A stretch of DNA of 64,000 nucleotides from Polaromonas sp. (lineage in GTDB: Bacteria > Pseudomonadota > Gammaproteobacteria > Burkholderiales > Burkholderiaceae_C): assembly GCA_025362315.1 (NCBI GenBank), contig JANYGP010000031.1, positions 59,886 to 123,885 of the forward strand. The letters run 5' to 3'. Under the pieces are notes generated by a model that saw nothing but the letters and a program-made list of their open reading frames with translations, had not been told where the DNA came from and did no database searches. Every line of letters starts with the position of its first letter. Position 1 is the stretch's first letter. Positions 41,268-51,850 of the stretch are shown in pieces. Position numbers and translations under genes: made by a program.

Positions 41268-42053
41268 ATGAATTGTTTGCGCCGCTCAATCAAATTGCTT
41301 GCCATGTTAAGTTCGGTTTTGTTTGGCGTTGGTTGCGCTGATATGAAAAATCATTTCTCTGCAAGCAGCGCATCGCATGAATATGAAACAAATCAGCAGA
41401 TTAATTTATGGGCCTCTTCAGTCACCGGCAGCACCAACAACGGGCCTTGGACTCACTACAAGTTGCCTGGCAAAAAACCGAGCCAGTTTGAATATATCGC
41501 TGTAGACGGTCGCAGTGCCATTGAAGCGAACGCGCAATCTTCGGCCAGCATGCTGCGTCAAAAAGTTCATGTTGAGCCTGCCAATTTGGGAGGCCTCAAA
41601 TTTTCATGGAAGCTGCCTCAGTTGATTCAGTATGCTGACATGTCCTTGCGCGAATTTGATGATTCACCTGTTCGGTTGGTACTGGCTTTTGAAGGTGATC
41701 GAAGCAAATTTTCAGCCAAAAATGCCATGTTGTCTGAACTGGCGCAACTATTGACTGGTGAGCCGCTACCGTATGCAACGCTTATGTATGTGTGGTGTAA
41801 CGAATGCACGCCCGAAAAAATTATTTTTAATCCACACACCGACCGTATTCGAAAGTTGCCACTTGAATCGGGCTCGGGCAAACTGAATCAATGGTTGTCG
41901 TACGAGCGGAAGGTTCGTGATGACTATCTCCAGGCATTTGGTGAAGAACCGGGCGTGCTGACCAGTATTTCCATCATGACTGACACTGACAACACCAAAA
42001 GCGTAGCGCGTGCTTTTTATGGTTCTGTGCAGTTGTCGCCAAAGTCACCCTGA
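41268..42053 (+). CDS. DUF3047-family lipoprotein (copy 1)
   Basis: Lipobox-like GVGC; L.FSW, DDSPVR, PYATLMYVW, DY..AFGEEPG, MTDTDNT. Confidence 0.8.
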   Translation: MNCLRRSIKLLAMLSSVLFGVGCADMKNHFSASSASHEYETNQQINLWASSVTGSTNNGPWTHYKLPGKKPSQFEYIAVDGRSAIEANAQSSASMLRQKVHVEPANLGGLKFSWKLPQLIQYADMSLREFDDSPVRLVLAFEGDRSKFSAKNAMLSELAQLLTGEPLPYATLMYVWCNECTPEKIIFNPHTDRIRKLPLESGSGKLNQWLSYERKVRDDYLQAFGEEPGVLTSISIMTDTDNTKSVARAFYGSVQLSPKSP

Positions 42054-42139
42054 GCGGCAAATATCATATGTCAGCTGTCAGATATCAATTTAGAAACAAT
42101 AACTACATGTATTCACTGTATCTTATTGCAAGGTGATTT

Positions 42140-42367
42140 ATGGCAATTTCCATCAGACTTGAAGCTGCTATCGAACTGCGCCTGGACAGGCTGGCCCAAA
42201 TGACGGGGCGCACCAAGGTCTATTATTTGCGCGAGCTGGTGACCGATGGGCTGGATGATCTGGAGGACTATTACAGCGCTGCATCCATCATGGAGCAGGT
42301 AAACAAAGGCACTGAGCCTGTTTACTCAGCAGCACAAGTAAGGCAACAACTTGGCCTGGCAGATTAA
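42140..42367 (+). CDS. RHH antitoxin (RelB-like)
   Basis: ISIRL...RLD.LA..TGRTK.YYLRE, acidic C-terminus; overlaps toxin. Confidence 0.85.
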   Translation: MAISIRLEAAIELRLDRLAQMTGRTKVYYLRELVTDGLDDLEDYYSAASIMEQVNKGTEPVYSAAQVRQQLGLAD

Positions 42368-42626
42368 TTACACCGATACTGCGCTCAAACACCTCGCCAA
42401 GCTGGACAAGCCCGCAGCAAAACGAATAGTTGATTTCATGAACGAGCGTATTGCAGTTTTGCAAGACCCACGTGATTCAGGGAAAGCATTAACTGGGCCG
42501 GAACTTGGTGCCTTCTGGCGTTACCGAATCGACGATTACCGGGTAATTTGCACCATTCAAGACGCATTACTTTGCGTTTTAGTGGTTGAAGTAGTCAGCC
42601 GCAAAGATGTTTACACAAAGCATTGA
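42351..42626 (+). CDS. RelE/ParE-family toxin
   Basis: A.K.L.KLDK, GKALTG..WRYRI.DYRVI, RKDVY. Confidence 0.88.
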   Translation: MAWQINYTDTALKHLAKLDKPAAKRIVDFMNERIAVLQDPRDSGKALTGPELGAFWRYRIDDYRVICTIQDALLCVLVVEVVSRKDVYTKH

Positions 42627-42642
42627 GTGCCGCCATCATCCC

Positions 42643-43488
42643 TCACGCATAGCGCTTATTCCGCAAATTATTCTTCATTTCTTTGAGCAGCGGCTGCAGC
42701 TTGCCGCCAATACGCAGCGCCAGGCAAGTCGCCAAAATATCAATGATCATCAAGTGCAATAGCCGTGACACCATGGGGCTGTAGCGGTCGTAGCCTTCCG
42801 GATGATCTGCTGCCAGGTGAATGTGTCCGGCTGATGCTAGAGGTGAACCACTGGCAGTAATCACAATGGTGGTTGCACCATTTTTGCGGGCAATGTCGCA
42901 AGCATCCATCAAGTCACGCGTGCGACCTGAGTTGGAGATCACCACCACACAGTCACCTGGCCCCATCATCGACGCGCTCATCACCTGCATGTGGCCGTCG
43001 CTGTACGCAACTGTGTTGACACCCAGGCGAAAAAACTTGTGCTGTGCGTCTTGCGCCACGATGCCAGAGTTGCCCACGCCAAAAAACTCAATCCGTCTGC
43101 TGTTGGAAGAGGCTGCTGCCAGTGCATCGGTGGCTTTTTGAACTGCAAAAGAAGATGCATCATTGCGGTACTTCAAAAATGCCGCCACGGTGTTGTCGAT
43201 GACCTTGACCAGCACATCGGCAGTTTTGTCGTCCACATCGACACTGCGGTGCACAAAAGGTACGCCTTCACTGACGCTGCCTGCCAGCTTGAGCTTGAAG
43301 TCACTTAGGCCGTCATAACCAACGCTGCGACAAAACCGCACCACGGTGGGTTTGCTGACATGCGCGCGGTCAGCCAGCTCAGTGATGGGCAAGTTGGCAA
43401 AAGCACGTGGGTCAGCCAGTACAAGCTTGCCGACGCGTTGTTCTGCTGGTGCCAGTGAGGGCAGGCAGGCTTTTATACGGTCAAGCAT
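42643..43488 (-). CDS. hexR: RpiR-family regulator HexR (copy 1)
   Basis: HTH VSKPTVVRFCR plus SIS domain; downstream of zwf. Confidence 0.88.
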   Translation of the reverse strand: MLDRIKACLPSLAPAEQRVGKLVLADPRAFANLPITELADRAHVSKPTVVRFCRSVGYDGLSDFKLKLAGSVSEGVPFVHRSVDVDDKTADVLVKVIDNTVAAFLKYRNDASSFAVQKATDALAAASSNSRRIEFFGVGNSGIVAQDAQHKFFRLGVNTVAYSDGHMQVMSASMMGPGDCVVVISNSGRTRDLMDACDIARKNGATTIVITASGSPLASAGHIHLAADHPEGYDRYSPMVSRLLHLMIIDILATCLALRIGGKLQPLLKEMKNNLRNKRYA

Positions 43489-43504
43489 CGTGACTCTTTT
43501 CTTG

Positions 43505-43618
43505 CTCCTTCCCCTTTTGGGAGAAGGTTAGGATGGGGGTTCTCGGTGTGGTGGATGGTGACAAAGACCGCTCTTGCGCTTGCCCCCATTCCTTCCTTGC
43601 CCCAACAGGGGAAAGAGT
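43505..43618. repeat. Degenerate inverted pair of CCCTCTCCC-family repeats between zwf1 and hexR1
   Basis: ctccttccccttttgggagaaggttaggatgggg ... ccccattccttccttgccccaacaggggaaagag. Confidence 0.65.
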
Positions 43619-43626
43619 AAGAGCCG

Positions 43627-45093
43627 TCAGCATTCTTCACTCCAGCAAAAGCCATCTCTGGCAATCATGGCGCTTGACGCACTCGGCCCCCAGGTTCCTG
43701 CTGCATATTGACGTGGTCCTTCACTTTCAGCTGCCCAGCTTTGCATGATCGGCTCCACCCAGCGCCAGGCTTCTTCCTGTTCGTCACTGCGTACAAACAG
43801 GTTCAAACGCCCGTCAATCACATCCAGCAGCAGCCGCTCGTAGGCACCCACGCGCTCTGAACCAAAGCGCTTGTCAAAATCCAGATCAAGTTGCACGGGC
43901 GATAAAACAGCATCTGATATTTGTGTGGTCGTGCGGTTTTGCTGGCCTTGTGCAAACAGGTGAAGCTCCAGGCCATCTTTGGGTTGCAAATGAATCACCA
44001 ACCGGTTGCCTGCACCGAGCGGGGATTTGTAAATGGCATGAGGCGCTGGCCTGAAGTTGACTTCGATGTAAGCAGAGCGCCCCGCAAGGCGTTTGCCGGT
44101 GCGAATGTAAAAAGGCACGCCCGCCCAGCGCCAGTTGGCTATCTCGCATCGCAGTGCAACAAATGTCTCGGTCTGGGTAGTTGGATTGACACCAGCTTCA
44201 GTTGAGTAAGCAGCAGCAGACGCACCGTCCACATTGCCTGCGCTGTATTGCCCGCGCACCACATGCTGGCGCAGCGTCTCAGATGTCCACGGTTTGAGTG
44301 AACGCAAAACTTTCAGTTTTTCATCACGGATGGCATCGGCATGTGCATTGATCGGTGGCTCCATCGCCACAGCGCAGAGCAATTGCAATGCATGGTTTTG
44401 CACCATGTCACGCAAAGCGCCTGTTGAATCATAAAACGCGCCACGCTTTTCAATGCCGATGTCCTCTGCGATCGTGATTTGAATGTTGGCAATATTTTCC
44501 CGGCGCCAAAGCGGCTCAAACAGCGCATTGCCAAAGCGCAGCGCAAACAGGTTTTGGACAGATGGCTTGCCCAGGTAATGGTCAATCCGGAAAATCTGTT
44601 TTTCGTCAAACACTTTGCGCACACTGGCGTTGATGGCGCGATTGGATGCCAGGTCATGGCCCAGGGGTTTTTCAAGTACGACCCGGACATTGGGGCAATT
44701 CAAATTGGCAGCAGCAAGCTGCTCACAAAATGTTGTGAAGAGTCCAGGGGCTGTCGCCAGATACATGACAACCGTTTCGGCTGCATGTTCCTGCAATTTG
44801 CTGCCCAGTCGAGCGTAGTCAGGTGCACTAGACAGATCCATGCGCAGATAGAACAGCAGCTCTGCAAAGCGTGCAAATTCTTCATTGGTCGGGCGCTTGG
44901 CCAGCTCGACCGCATCAAAACGCGATTTGATAAGCGCACGGTAAGCTTCGTCCGACAAATCGTCCCGCGCCACACCCACAATGCGTCCACCTGCAGGCAA
45001 CGAGCCATGGCGAAAAGCCTGAAACAGGGCAGGCAACAATTTGCGCCATACCAAGTCGCCAGTACCGCCAAACAAGATCAGATCAAAAGACAT
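43627..45093 (-). CDS. zwf: Glucose-6-phosphate 1-dehydrogenase (copy 1)
   Basis: FGGTGDL, EKPLG, RIDHYLGK, RDMVQNH, RWAGVPFYIRTGK. Confidence 0.97.
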   Translation of the reverse strand: MSFDLILFGGTGDLVWRKLLPALFQAFRHGSLPAGGRIVGVARDDLSDEAYRALIKSRFDAVELAKRPTNEEFARFAELLFYLRMDLSSAPDYARLGSKLQEHAAETVVMYLATAPGLFTTFCEQLAAANLNCPNVRVVLEKPLGHDLASNRAINASVRKVFDEKQIFRIDHYLGKPSVQNLFALRFGNALFEPLWRRENIANIQITIAEDIGIEKRGAFYDSTGALRDMVQNHALQLLCAVAMEPPINAHADAIRDEKLKVLRSLKPWTSETLRQHVVRGQYSAGNVDGASAAAYSTEAGVNPTTQTETFVALRCEIANWRWAGVPFYIRTGKRLAGRSAYIEVNFRPAPHAIYKSPLGAGNRLVIHLQPKDGLELHLFAQGQQNRTTTQISDAVLSPVQLDLDFDKRFGSERVGAYERLLLDVIDGRLNLFVRSDEQEEAWRWVEPIMQSWAAESEGPRQYAAGTWGPSASSAMIARDGFCWSEEC

Positions 45094-45119
45094 AACACTG
45101 TCAGAAATTAAAAAGACAG

Positions 45120-45134
45120 TGTAATAAAATTACT
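45120..45134. promoter_or_regulatory. Candidate HexR operator
   Basis: TGTAAT-AAA-ATTACT palindrome upstream of zwf1; weaker copy TGTAATTTAATTCCC at 45291-45305. Confidence 0.6.
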
Positions 45135-45341
45135 TTTACAAAACAAGTTAAAAATTCGTTACTTTAGTTTTGAAAATAAATTTATAATACTAAATAACTA
45201 TAAATACTACTTTTTTACGCGGAAAAAAAGAAATAGTCATTGGTTACCACTGGGTTACGAGGGTATTTTCTAGGTTTCATTCAACGAAGTTGTAATTTAA
45301 TTCCCACTTCAGAAACATTTAAAACTCCAGAAAGAATTGTC

Positions 45342-46374
45342 ATGCAACGCCGCTATATCCTGACATCCGCCATTTCAAGCGCACTGGCAACTGGAGTTTT
45401 TTTTGCGCAGGTTTCCGGTGCATCCGCGTCGAAGACACGCAACAGAGCAGTGCCTGCTACCGGCGCTCAAAAATTAAGTTTCGGGTTAATCACGCCACGC
45501 AATGCCGATCTGACGCTCAAAAATTGGAATCCGTTCATTGACCGCATGGCGCAGGCAACTGGCGTAACAATTGAGCGCCGTACTTATGCAACCCAAGGCG
45601 AATTGGTAAAAGATTACCTGGATGGCCAGATTGACCTGGCCTGGTTGGGCAATGCACCTGCGCTTGAAATTGTTGAGTCAGGCAAAGCCAGAGTTTTTGC
45701 ATCCATGGTGGTGCAGGGCAAGACTGCTTACCGGTCATTGCTGATTACCCACAAAGACAACCCAATTCGCACTTTGGCAGACGTTATACGCACAGCACCG
45801 CAACTTGTTTTTGGTGATGGCGATCCAAAAAGCACCTCCGGCCATATCGTGCCCAGATACTTTGCTTTTGTAAAAAAAGGGATCAATGAACCGGACAAAC
45901 TGTTCAAAGAAGTCAGGCGCGGAAGCCATGAAAGCAATTTGATGGCCGCAGTAAACCGGGAAGTTGATATCGCGACCAACAATACAAGCGAGTTCGACAA
46001 TTTTCGAACCGCCAAACCCGAGCAGGCGGGCATGTTGCGGGTTGTCTGGGAATCGCCGGATATTCCAGAATCGCCACTGATCTGGCGCGAGACACTTGCA
46101 CCTCAACTCAAAAACAGGATTGCTGCTTTCACCTACAAGTTTGGTGCAGTTGACGAAGAAGAAAAAAGGTATTTTGTGGAACATCAACAAACTGACGGTT
46201 TTTCGCAAATCAAGCAATCGCCAGCTGATTACCATTGCTGATCTGGAAATGTTCAATGCCCGCCAGCGCATAGCCAACAGCCCGCAGCTCAGCAGTGAAG
46301 ACCGCATGATGAAAATTGAAGAAGTCACCAAGCGCGGAACAAAGCTTGAATTCATGCTGAAGCGAACTGAGTAA
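45342..46374 (+). pseudogene. PhnD-like phosphonate/phosphate binding protein with +1 frameshift in an A6 run; Tat-like leader
   Basis: GDPKSTSGH.VP, GSHE, DIATNN, WESP.IP; PhnD-type C-terminus (FRKSSNRQL) continues in another frame after 46162-46167. Confidence 0.8.
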
Positions 46375-46408
46375 AGCTGCCCATTGACCTATGAATTGAA
46401 TCGGCAAT

Positions 46409-47410
46409 ATGAAAGCTTTTTTCAACATCAAACTTCTCAAATTAATTTTCGGAATGGCTGTGGGTTTTGCTACCGTGCTAGCTGGATGCGCAACCCAGGT
46501 GGGGCCCGTAATTCCAAAAAAACTAACACTGGCAGTGCAGGCTACCAAGCCAGACGAAACACGCGCCGCCTGGCAACCGCTGGTAGATGATTTGGCCAAA
46601 GAACTCGGGATACCGATAGATTTAAAAGCCCTGGGCCAGGCCGAAACAGTGGCTGCATTGGCCGATGGCACAGCCGATGTCGTGTGGCTCAGCAGCAGCA
46701 TGGCGGTGGATGCTGTCATTGACGCAAAAGCCAAAACTTTTGCGCTGTATTTCAACGTCAATGGCACCAACGGCTACAAGGCGGTAATTGCCACCCGTGC
46801 TGACAACGGTATCAAAACCCTGGATGACGCACTGACACCTGGCAAATACCGTTACGCTGCCGGGGCCAAGACTTCCACTTCCGGTTATATATTGCCGCAA
46901 TACTTTTTATTCACGCCGCGCAAAACAACGGCGGAAGCGCTGTTCAAAAGCGTGCAAGTGGGCGGACACTTCCAGAATCTCGATGCATTGTGGGCCACGC
47001 AGGTGGATGTCATTGTCAACAACACAACTGATCTGGCGGCATTTCAGGCCCGCACCCCAGGTGCTGCTAATGAAATAATAACGCTTTGGGAATCGCCTCT
47101 TGTGCCAAACGATGTTTTGATGACCCGTTCAGACATGCCGGCTGACACACAGAAAATGCTGGACGATCTGTTTTTGAATTACGGAAAAACAGCGCAGCAA
47201 AAAGAGCTGTTCAAGCGAGCCAGCGGAATCGTCAACTTTATTCCTGCGGACAACAAACTTTTAGAGCCCGTGTCTGGCTTCAAATTTGCCAATGAACTGG
47301 CTCAGATTGAAGGCAACATAAATCTGAATGCAGATCAAAAAGTCGCCGCCGTTTCCCGCGTGAACCAACGTGCTGAAAAATTCAGGCGATCGCTGCAAAT
47401 TCAACGCTGA
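46409..47410 (+). CDS. PhnD-like binding lipoprotein
   Basis: Lipobox LAGC, TSTSGY.LP, GGH, DVIVNNT, WESPLVPND. Confidence 0.85.
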   Translation: MKAFFNIKLLKLIFGMAVGFATVLAGCATQVGPVIPKKLTLAVQATKPDETRAAWQPLVDDLAKELGIPIDLKALGQAETVAALADGTADVVWLSSSMAVDAVIDAKAKTFALYFNVNGTNGYKAVIATRADNGIKTLDDALTPGKYRYAAGAKTSTSGYILPQYFLFTPRKTTAEALFKSVQVGGHFQNLDALWATQVDVIVNNTTDLAAFQARTPGAANEIITLWESPLVPNDVLMTRSDMPADTQKMLDDLFLNYGKTAQQKELFKRASGIVNFIPADNKLLEPVSGFKFANELAQIEGNINLNADQKVAAVSRVNQRAEKFRRSLQIQR

Positions 47411-47495
47411 AATGATCAAAAACGGCGTGTTTTCCCGAAGGGGCTAACAGCCGCCCACACCTAAAATTCTGGCATCTTTCATCAATGGAGTTTTC

Positions 47496-48509
47496 ATGAA
47501 AATAGTATTTTCAGGCATCGTGTTGGCCTGCGCAGCATTTGGTGCCTCAGCACAAGGCCAGGTCAATGTGATTTGTTCTGTTCAAGCCGAATGGTGTAAC
47601 CTGATGTCTACGGTGTATGCCAAAACAACCGGTACCAAAGTCAATATGGTTGCCAAGGGCTCGGGGGAAGCGCTGGCTCAGCTCAATGCGGAAAAGGCCA
47701 ACCCCAAAACCGACATCTGGTTTGGCGGAACCGGAGACCCGCATTTGCAGGCGGCTGAACAAAACCTGACGCTTGAGTACAAATCAGCCCAGATCAATCA
47801 GCTCTACCCGTGGGCGCAAAAGCAGGCTGCTGATTCCAAATACCGCACTGTCGGCGTGTACCTCGGCCCGCTGGGATTTGGCTACAACACCGAACTGCTG
47901 GCCAAAAAGAAAATCAAGGCACCAACATCCTGGGCTGATTTGCTCAAGCCTGAATTCAAGGGTGAAATCCAGATGGCCAATGCGGCATCCAGTGGCACGT
48001 CTTACACAGTCATTGCCACGCTGGTGCAACTGATGGGCGAGGACAAGGCGTTTGAATATATGAAGCAGCTGCACAAAAATGTCAGCACCTACACCCGATC
48101 GGGCGTGGCACCCGCCAAGGCAGTCGCGCGTGGTGAGACGGCAGTGTCGATCAGTTTTGTGCATGATGTCACGACCGAAGCTACGCAAGGCTTCCCGGCA
48201 GCTTCTGCTACACCGTCTGAAGGGACAGGTGCAGAGGTTGGCTCCATAAGCATCGTCAAAGACAGCCCAAATGCCGAAGCTGCCAAAAAGTTTTATGAAT
48301 GGGCATTGACTCCGGGTGGGCAGCAGTTTGGCCTGGCGGCCAAGCAATTCCAGTTGCCGAGCAATGCCAAGGTAGCGGTTGATCCACGCATGGTCAATCC
48401 TGCAAAAATCAAGCTGATCAACTACGACTACGCCAAGTATGGTGCCAGCGCCGAGCGTCGCCGCCTGATCGCGAAGTGGGAAAAAGAAGTTTTTAACAGT
48501 GCCAAATAA
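47496..48509 (+). CDS. ABC substrate-binding protein, AfuA/FbpA family (probable sugar-phosphate binder)
   Basis: GSGE, DIWFGGT.DP, SSGTSY, SFVHD, GTGAEVG. Confidence 0.85.
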   Translation: MKIVFSGIVLACAAFGASAQGQVNVICSVQAEWCNLMSTVYAKTTGTKVNMVAKGSGEALAQLNAEKANPKTDIWFGGTGDPHLQAAEQNLTLEYKSAQINQLYPWAQKQAADSKYRTVGVYLGPLGFGYNTELLAKKKIKAPTSWADLLKPEFKGEIQMANAASSGTSYTVIATLVQLMGEDKAFEYMKQLHKNVSTYTRSGVAPAKAVARGETAVSISFVHDVTTEATQGFPAASATPSEGTGAEVGSISIVKDSPNAEAAKKFYEWALTPGGQQFGLAAKQFQLPSNAKVAVDPRMVNPAKIKLINYDYAKYGASAERRRLIAKWEKEVFNSAK

Positions 48510-50733
48510 TCCATCCTTGGCTGCATCCCAAAGCTCGCACGGCCGGTCTGTCAACTTTGCAATCTGGTGCTGCATTGCAGTAGGGGTACTGGCTTACCTG
48601 GCCATGCCGTGGTACGCCATTCAGGACAGCAATGGTTTGCTGTCAATCCCGCAAGTATTTTCAAACGAGCAGGCGGGCAACGGATGGAGGCAAGCCAGTG
48701 CCTATCAAAGGCCATGGCTGTGGGTCGGTGTCCTGGCCCTGTGCCTGGCTGCTGTGGGTGCAAGCATGACACCGACCAAAAAGCAGGGCTCGGTGCTGAT
48801 GGCGGCGGGTGTTTTTGGCCTTGTCGGGCTGATGCTGGCAGGTTTTGCAATCGGCACAAAAGGCTGGTCGTTTGAAGTAGCAAGCCAGAGTTTCGGCACA
48901 CTTGGCAAGGGCCAGCCGGGCATTGGTTGGGGCGGCTTTCTAGCACTGGCCTCATTGATTGTGGTAACAGCATTTGGCGTGGCTCGCCGGGGTTACTTCA
49001 AGGGGGATCTGTTTGTTGCCAGCGCCGTTGTGGGCTGCGGCGCACTGCTGACTGTGTTTATCCTGTTTCCGGTGTTCAAGGCGTTGAGCGGTGCTTTTTA
49101 TCTGGAAGACGGCAGCTTGTCGGTAACTGCCCTGTTCAATCGCGTTGCGACCGAACGTAATTTTGGTCTGGGCTGCCTGAGTGGCAGGCAGTCATGCGGC
49201 GTCGCGTGGAACACTCTGTTTTTGGGGTTGATGACAGCAACCAGCACAGTGCTGCTGGGCACGGCCATGGCGTTGATGTCGGAGCGCGCCAGCAAGCGCT
49301 ACACAAAGCCGCTGAATGTGCTGGCCATGCTGCCCATCATCACGCCGCCATTCGTGGTCGGCTTGGGTTTGATCTTGCTGTTTGGCCGCGCAGGTGTGGT
49401 CAGCCAGTTGCTGGAATACGCTTTTGGCATTGAGCCAACGCGCTGGTTTTACGGCTGGTTTGGGGTGTGGATTGCACAAACTTTTGCCTTTACGCCGATT
49501 GCTTTCATGATCATGCGCGGCGTAGTTCAGGGCATTGCGCCCAGTCTGGAAGAAGCATCACAAACGCTGCGGGCTACGCCAACCCAGACTTTTATGACGG
49601 TTACATTGCCGCTTCTCAAACCCGGCCTTGCCAATGCATTTTTGGTTGGTTTTATTGAAAGCATGGCCGACTTTGGCAATCCGATTGTGGTGGGCGGGCA
49701 GTTTGCCGTGCTTAGCACCGAGATATTTTTTGCCATCGTCGGTGCGCAGTATGACCAGGGGCGTGCGGCATCGCTGGCGTGGATATTGACAGGCTTTGCA
49801 CTGTCGGTATTTTTCATCCAGCGCAGCGTGCTGGGCAAGAAAAGCTACACCACGGTCAGTGGCAAGGGCGATGCGGGCATTGCCATGCGGATACCGCCAC
49901 TGGTTCACCGCATCGTGCACGGCGCAGCATTGCCATGGATGGCGTTCACACTGATTGTTTATGCCTTTGCATTTGCCGGTGGATTCGTGCAAACCTGGGG
50001 CCGCGACTACACATTCACGCTCAATCACTTCCGCACCACGTTTGCGCTGGAGTGGGGCGAGTTTGGCATTGTGTGGGCGGGCACAGCGTGGAACTCGTTT
50101 TTCACCACCTTCAAGCTGGCTGCCATATCTGCGCCCATGACAGCCACCGTCGGTTTGCTGATCGCCTGGCTGCTGGCGCGCACTGAATTCAAGGGCCAGA
50201 GCGTGTTTGAATTTGCGGCGCTGCTGGCATTTGCCATCCCAGGTACGGTGCTGGGCATCAGCTACATCATGGCGTTCAATGTGCCGCCGTTTGAGCTGAC
50301 AGGCACTGCTCTCATCATCGTGCTGTGCTTCATGTTTCGCAACCTGCCGGTGGGTGTGCGGGCTGGCACTGCCGCGTTCAAGCAGCTGGACAAATCGCTG
50401 GATGAGGCGTCGATGATGCTGCGCGCAGGCAGTGTGCAAACGCTGCGTTATGTGGTGTTGCCGCTGCTAAAACCAGCGCTGGTTGCTGCACTGGTTTACA
50501 GCTTTGTGCGGGCGATTACGACTGTCAGCGCGGTGATTTTTCTGGTCACAGCCGAAAACGAGTTGGCAACCACTTACATCATTGGCCGCGTCGGAAATGG
50601 CGACTACGGCGTGGCGTTGGCGTACTGCACGGTTCTGATCATCTTGATGTCCATCATCACGGCGCTGATCCAGTATGGGGTGGGCGAGCGCAAACTGGGG
50701 CGGCGCAAAACGGCTGCACGTCCCACTGAATGA
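48499..50733 (+). CDS. ABC permease, AfuB/FbpB family (two fused TM domains)
   Basis: Two EAA loops (LEEASQTLRA, LDEASMMLRA). Confidence 0.9.
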   Translation: MPNNPSLAASQSSHGRSVNFAIWCCIAVGVLAYLAMPWYAIQDSNGLLSIPQVFSNEQAGNGWRQASAYQRPWLWVGVLALCLAAVGASMTPTKKQGSVLMAAGVFGLVGLMLAGFAIGTKGWSFEVASQSFGTLGKGQPGIGWGGFLALASLIVVTAFGVARRGYFKGDLFVASAVVGCGALLTVFILFPVFKALSGAFYLEDGSLSVTALFNRVATERNFGLGCLSGRQSCGVAWNTLFLGLMTATSTVLLGTAMALMSERASKRYTKPLNVLAMLPIITPPFVVGLGLILLFGRAGVVSQLLEYAFGIEPTRWFYGWFGVWIAQTFAFTPIAFMIMRGVVQGIAPSLEEASQTLRATPTQTFMTVTLPLLKPGLANAFLVGFIESMADFGNPIVVGGQFAVLSTEIFFAIVGAQYDQGRAASLAWILTGFALSVFFIQRSVLGKKSYTTVSGKGDAGIAMRIPPLVHRIVHGAALPWMAFTLIVYAFAFAGGFVQTWGRDYTFTLNHFRTTFALEWGEFGIVWAGTAWNSFFTTFKLAAISAPMTATVGLLIAWLLARTEFKGQSVFEFAALLAFAIPGTVLGISYIMAFNVPPFELTGTALIIVLCFMFRNLPVGVRAGTAAFKQLDKSLDEASMMLRAGSVQTLRYVVLPLLKPALVAALVYSFVRAITTVSAVIFLVTAENELATTYIIGRVGNGDYGVALAYCTVLIILMSIITALIQYGVGERKLGRRKTAARPTE

Positions 50734-50747
50734 AAAAGTAAAAAAAC

Positions 50748-51794
50748 ATGACCAACGGCGTTGAATTTCGCAACATCACCAAGCGCTATGGCACCGATAC
50801 CAATGCGCCTCTGGCTGTCAAAGGTATCAGCTTTACAGTCAAGCAAGGCTCCCTGACAACGATTCTCGGGCCCTCCGGCTGCGGCAAGACGACTACGCTG
50901 CGCATGATTGCGGGTCTGGAGTCACCCACCTCGGGCACCATCATCATGGGCGGCAAGAACGTCACGACGCTCGGCCCGGCGCAGCGCAATGTCAGCATGA
51001 TGTTTCAGAGCTACGCGCTGTTTCCGCACATGAACGTGATTGAAAACGTCAGCTATGGCTTGAAGATGTCGGGCATTTCAAAACCAGTAGCCAAAGCGCG
51101 CGCCCTTGAAGCGATGAAAAACGTCGGCCTAGTGGGCTATGACGAACGCCTGCCCAGCGAGCTGTCGGGCGGCCAGCAGCAGCGTGTGGCATTGGCGCGT
51201 GCGTTGGTGCTGGAGCCTGCCGTTTTGTTGTTTGATGAGCCATTGAGCAATCTTGACGCGCGCTTGAGACGTGAAATGCGCGAAGAAATTCGCACGCTTC
51301 AGCAGCGCCTGGGCCTGACGGTGGCTTATGTCACACACGACCAAAGTGAAGCGTTGGCTGTCAGTGACCAGATCATTGTGATGGACCATGGCGTCATCGC
51401 GCAGGCTGGCACGCCGCAAGAGTTGTATGAATATCCAACCAGTGAGTTTGTAGCCGGCTTTATGGGTGAAGCCATGCTGTTCCCTGCTCACGCCAGCGCT
51501 AACGGCCTGGTAGCGTTGGGCCCCCTGAGCATCACGCCCCGTCAGCATGTGCACGAAGGCGCAGTAAAAGTTGCCGTACGGCCAGAGGCTTGGCACATTG
51601 GTGTGGTCGGCACCGGCCTGGCAGCTCGCCTGGCCAAGTCGGCTTACCTGGGCAGCAACTACGAGTACACCTTTGAAACCGAACTTGGCGCGATCTTTGT
51701 TGTCTCGCCTGACCTGACGCATGTGCTGAATGTGGGCGCATCCGTGGGGCTTAATCTGGCAGACCATGGGGTGTCTGTCGTACAGCTAACGTAA
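50748..51794 (+). CDS. ABC ATPase, AfuC/FbpC family
   Basis: [37 protein letters not shown]-like tail. Confidence 0.93.
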   Translation: MTNGVEFRNITKRYGTDTNAPLAVKGISFTVKQGSLTTILGPSGCGKTTTLRMIAGLESPTSGTIIMGGKNVTTLGPAQRNVSMMFQSYALFPHMNVIENVSYGLKMSGISKPVAKARALEAMKNVGLVGYDERLPSELSGGQQQRVALARALVLEPAVLLFDEPLSNLDARLRREMREEIRTLQQRLGLTVAYVTHDQSEALAVSDQIIVMDHGVIAQAGTPQELYEYPTSEFVAGFMGEAMLFPAHASANGLVALGPLSITPRQHVHEGAVKVAVRPEAWHIGVVGTGLAARLAKSAYLGSNYEYTFETELGAIFVVSPDLTHVLNVGASVGLNLADHGVSVVQLT

Positions 51795-51850
51795 CCCTAA
51801 CTACGTGCGCTGCAACTTTTTTGCATCGCCTGACCCGGATAATTAACCGC

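Noticed and set aside
47496-51794. Ferric iron ABC transporter
   Set aside because: Family label fits, but the His-Asp/Glu motif and zwf-tal-pgi context favour sugar phosphates; no obvious Fur box seen. Not excluded experimentally.
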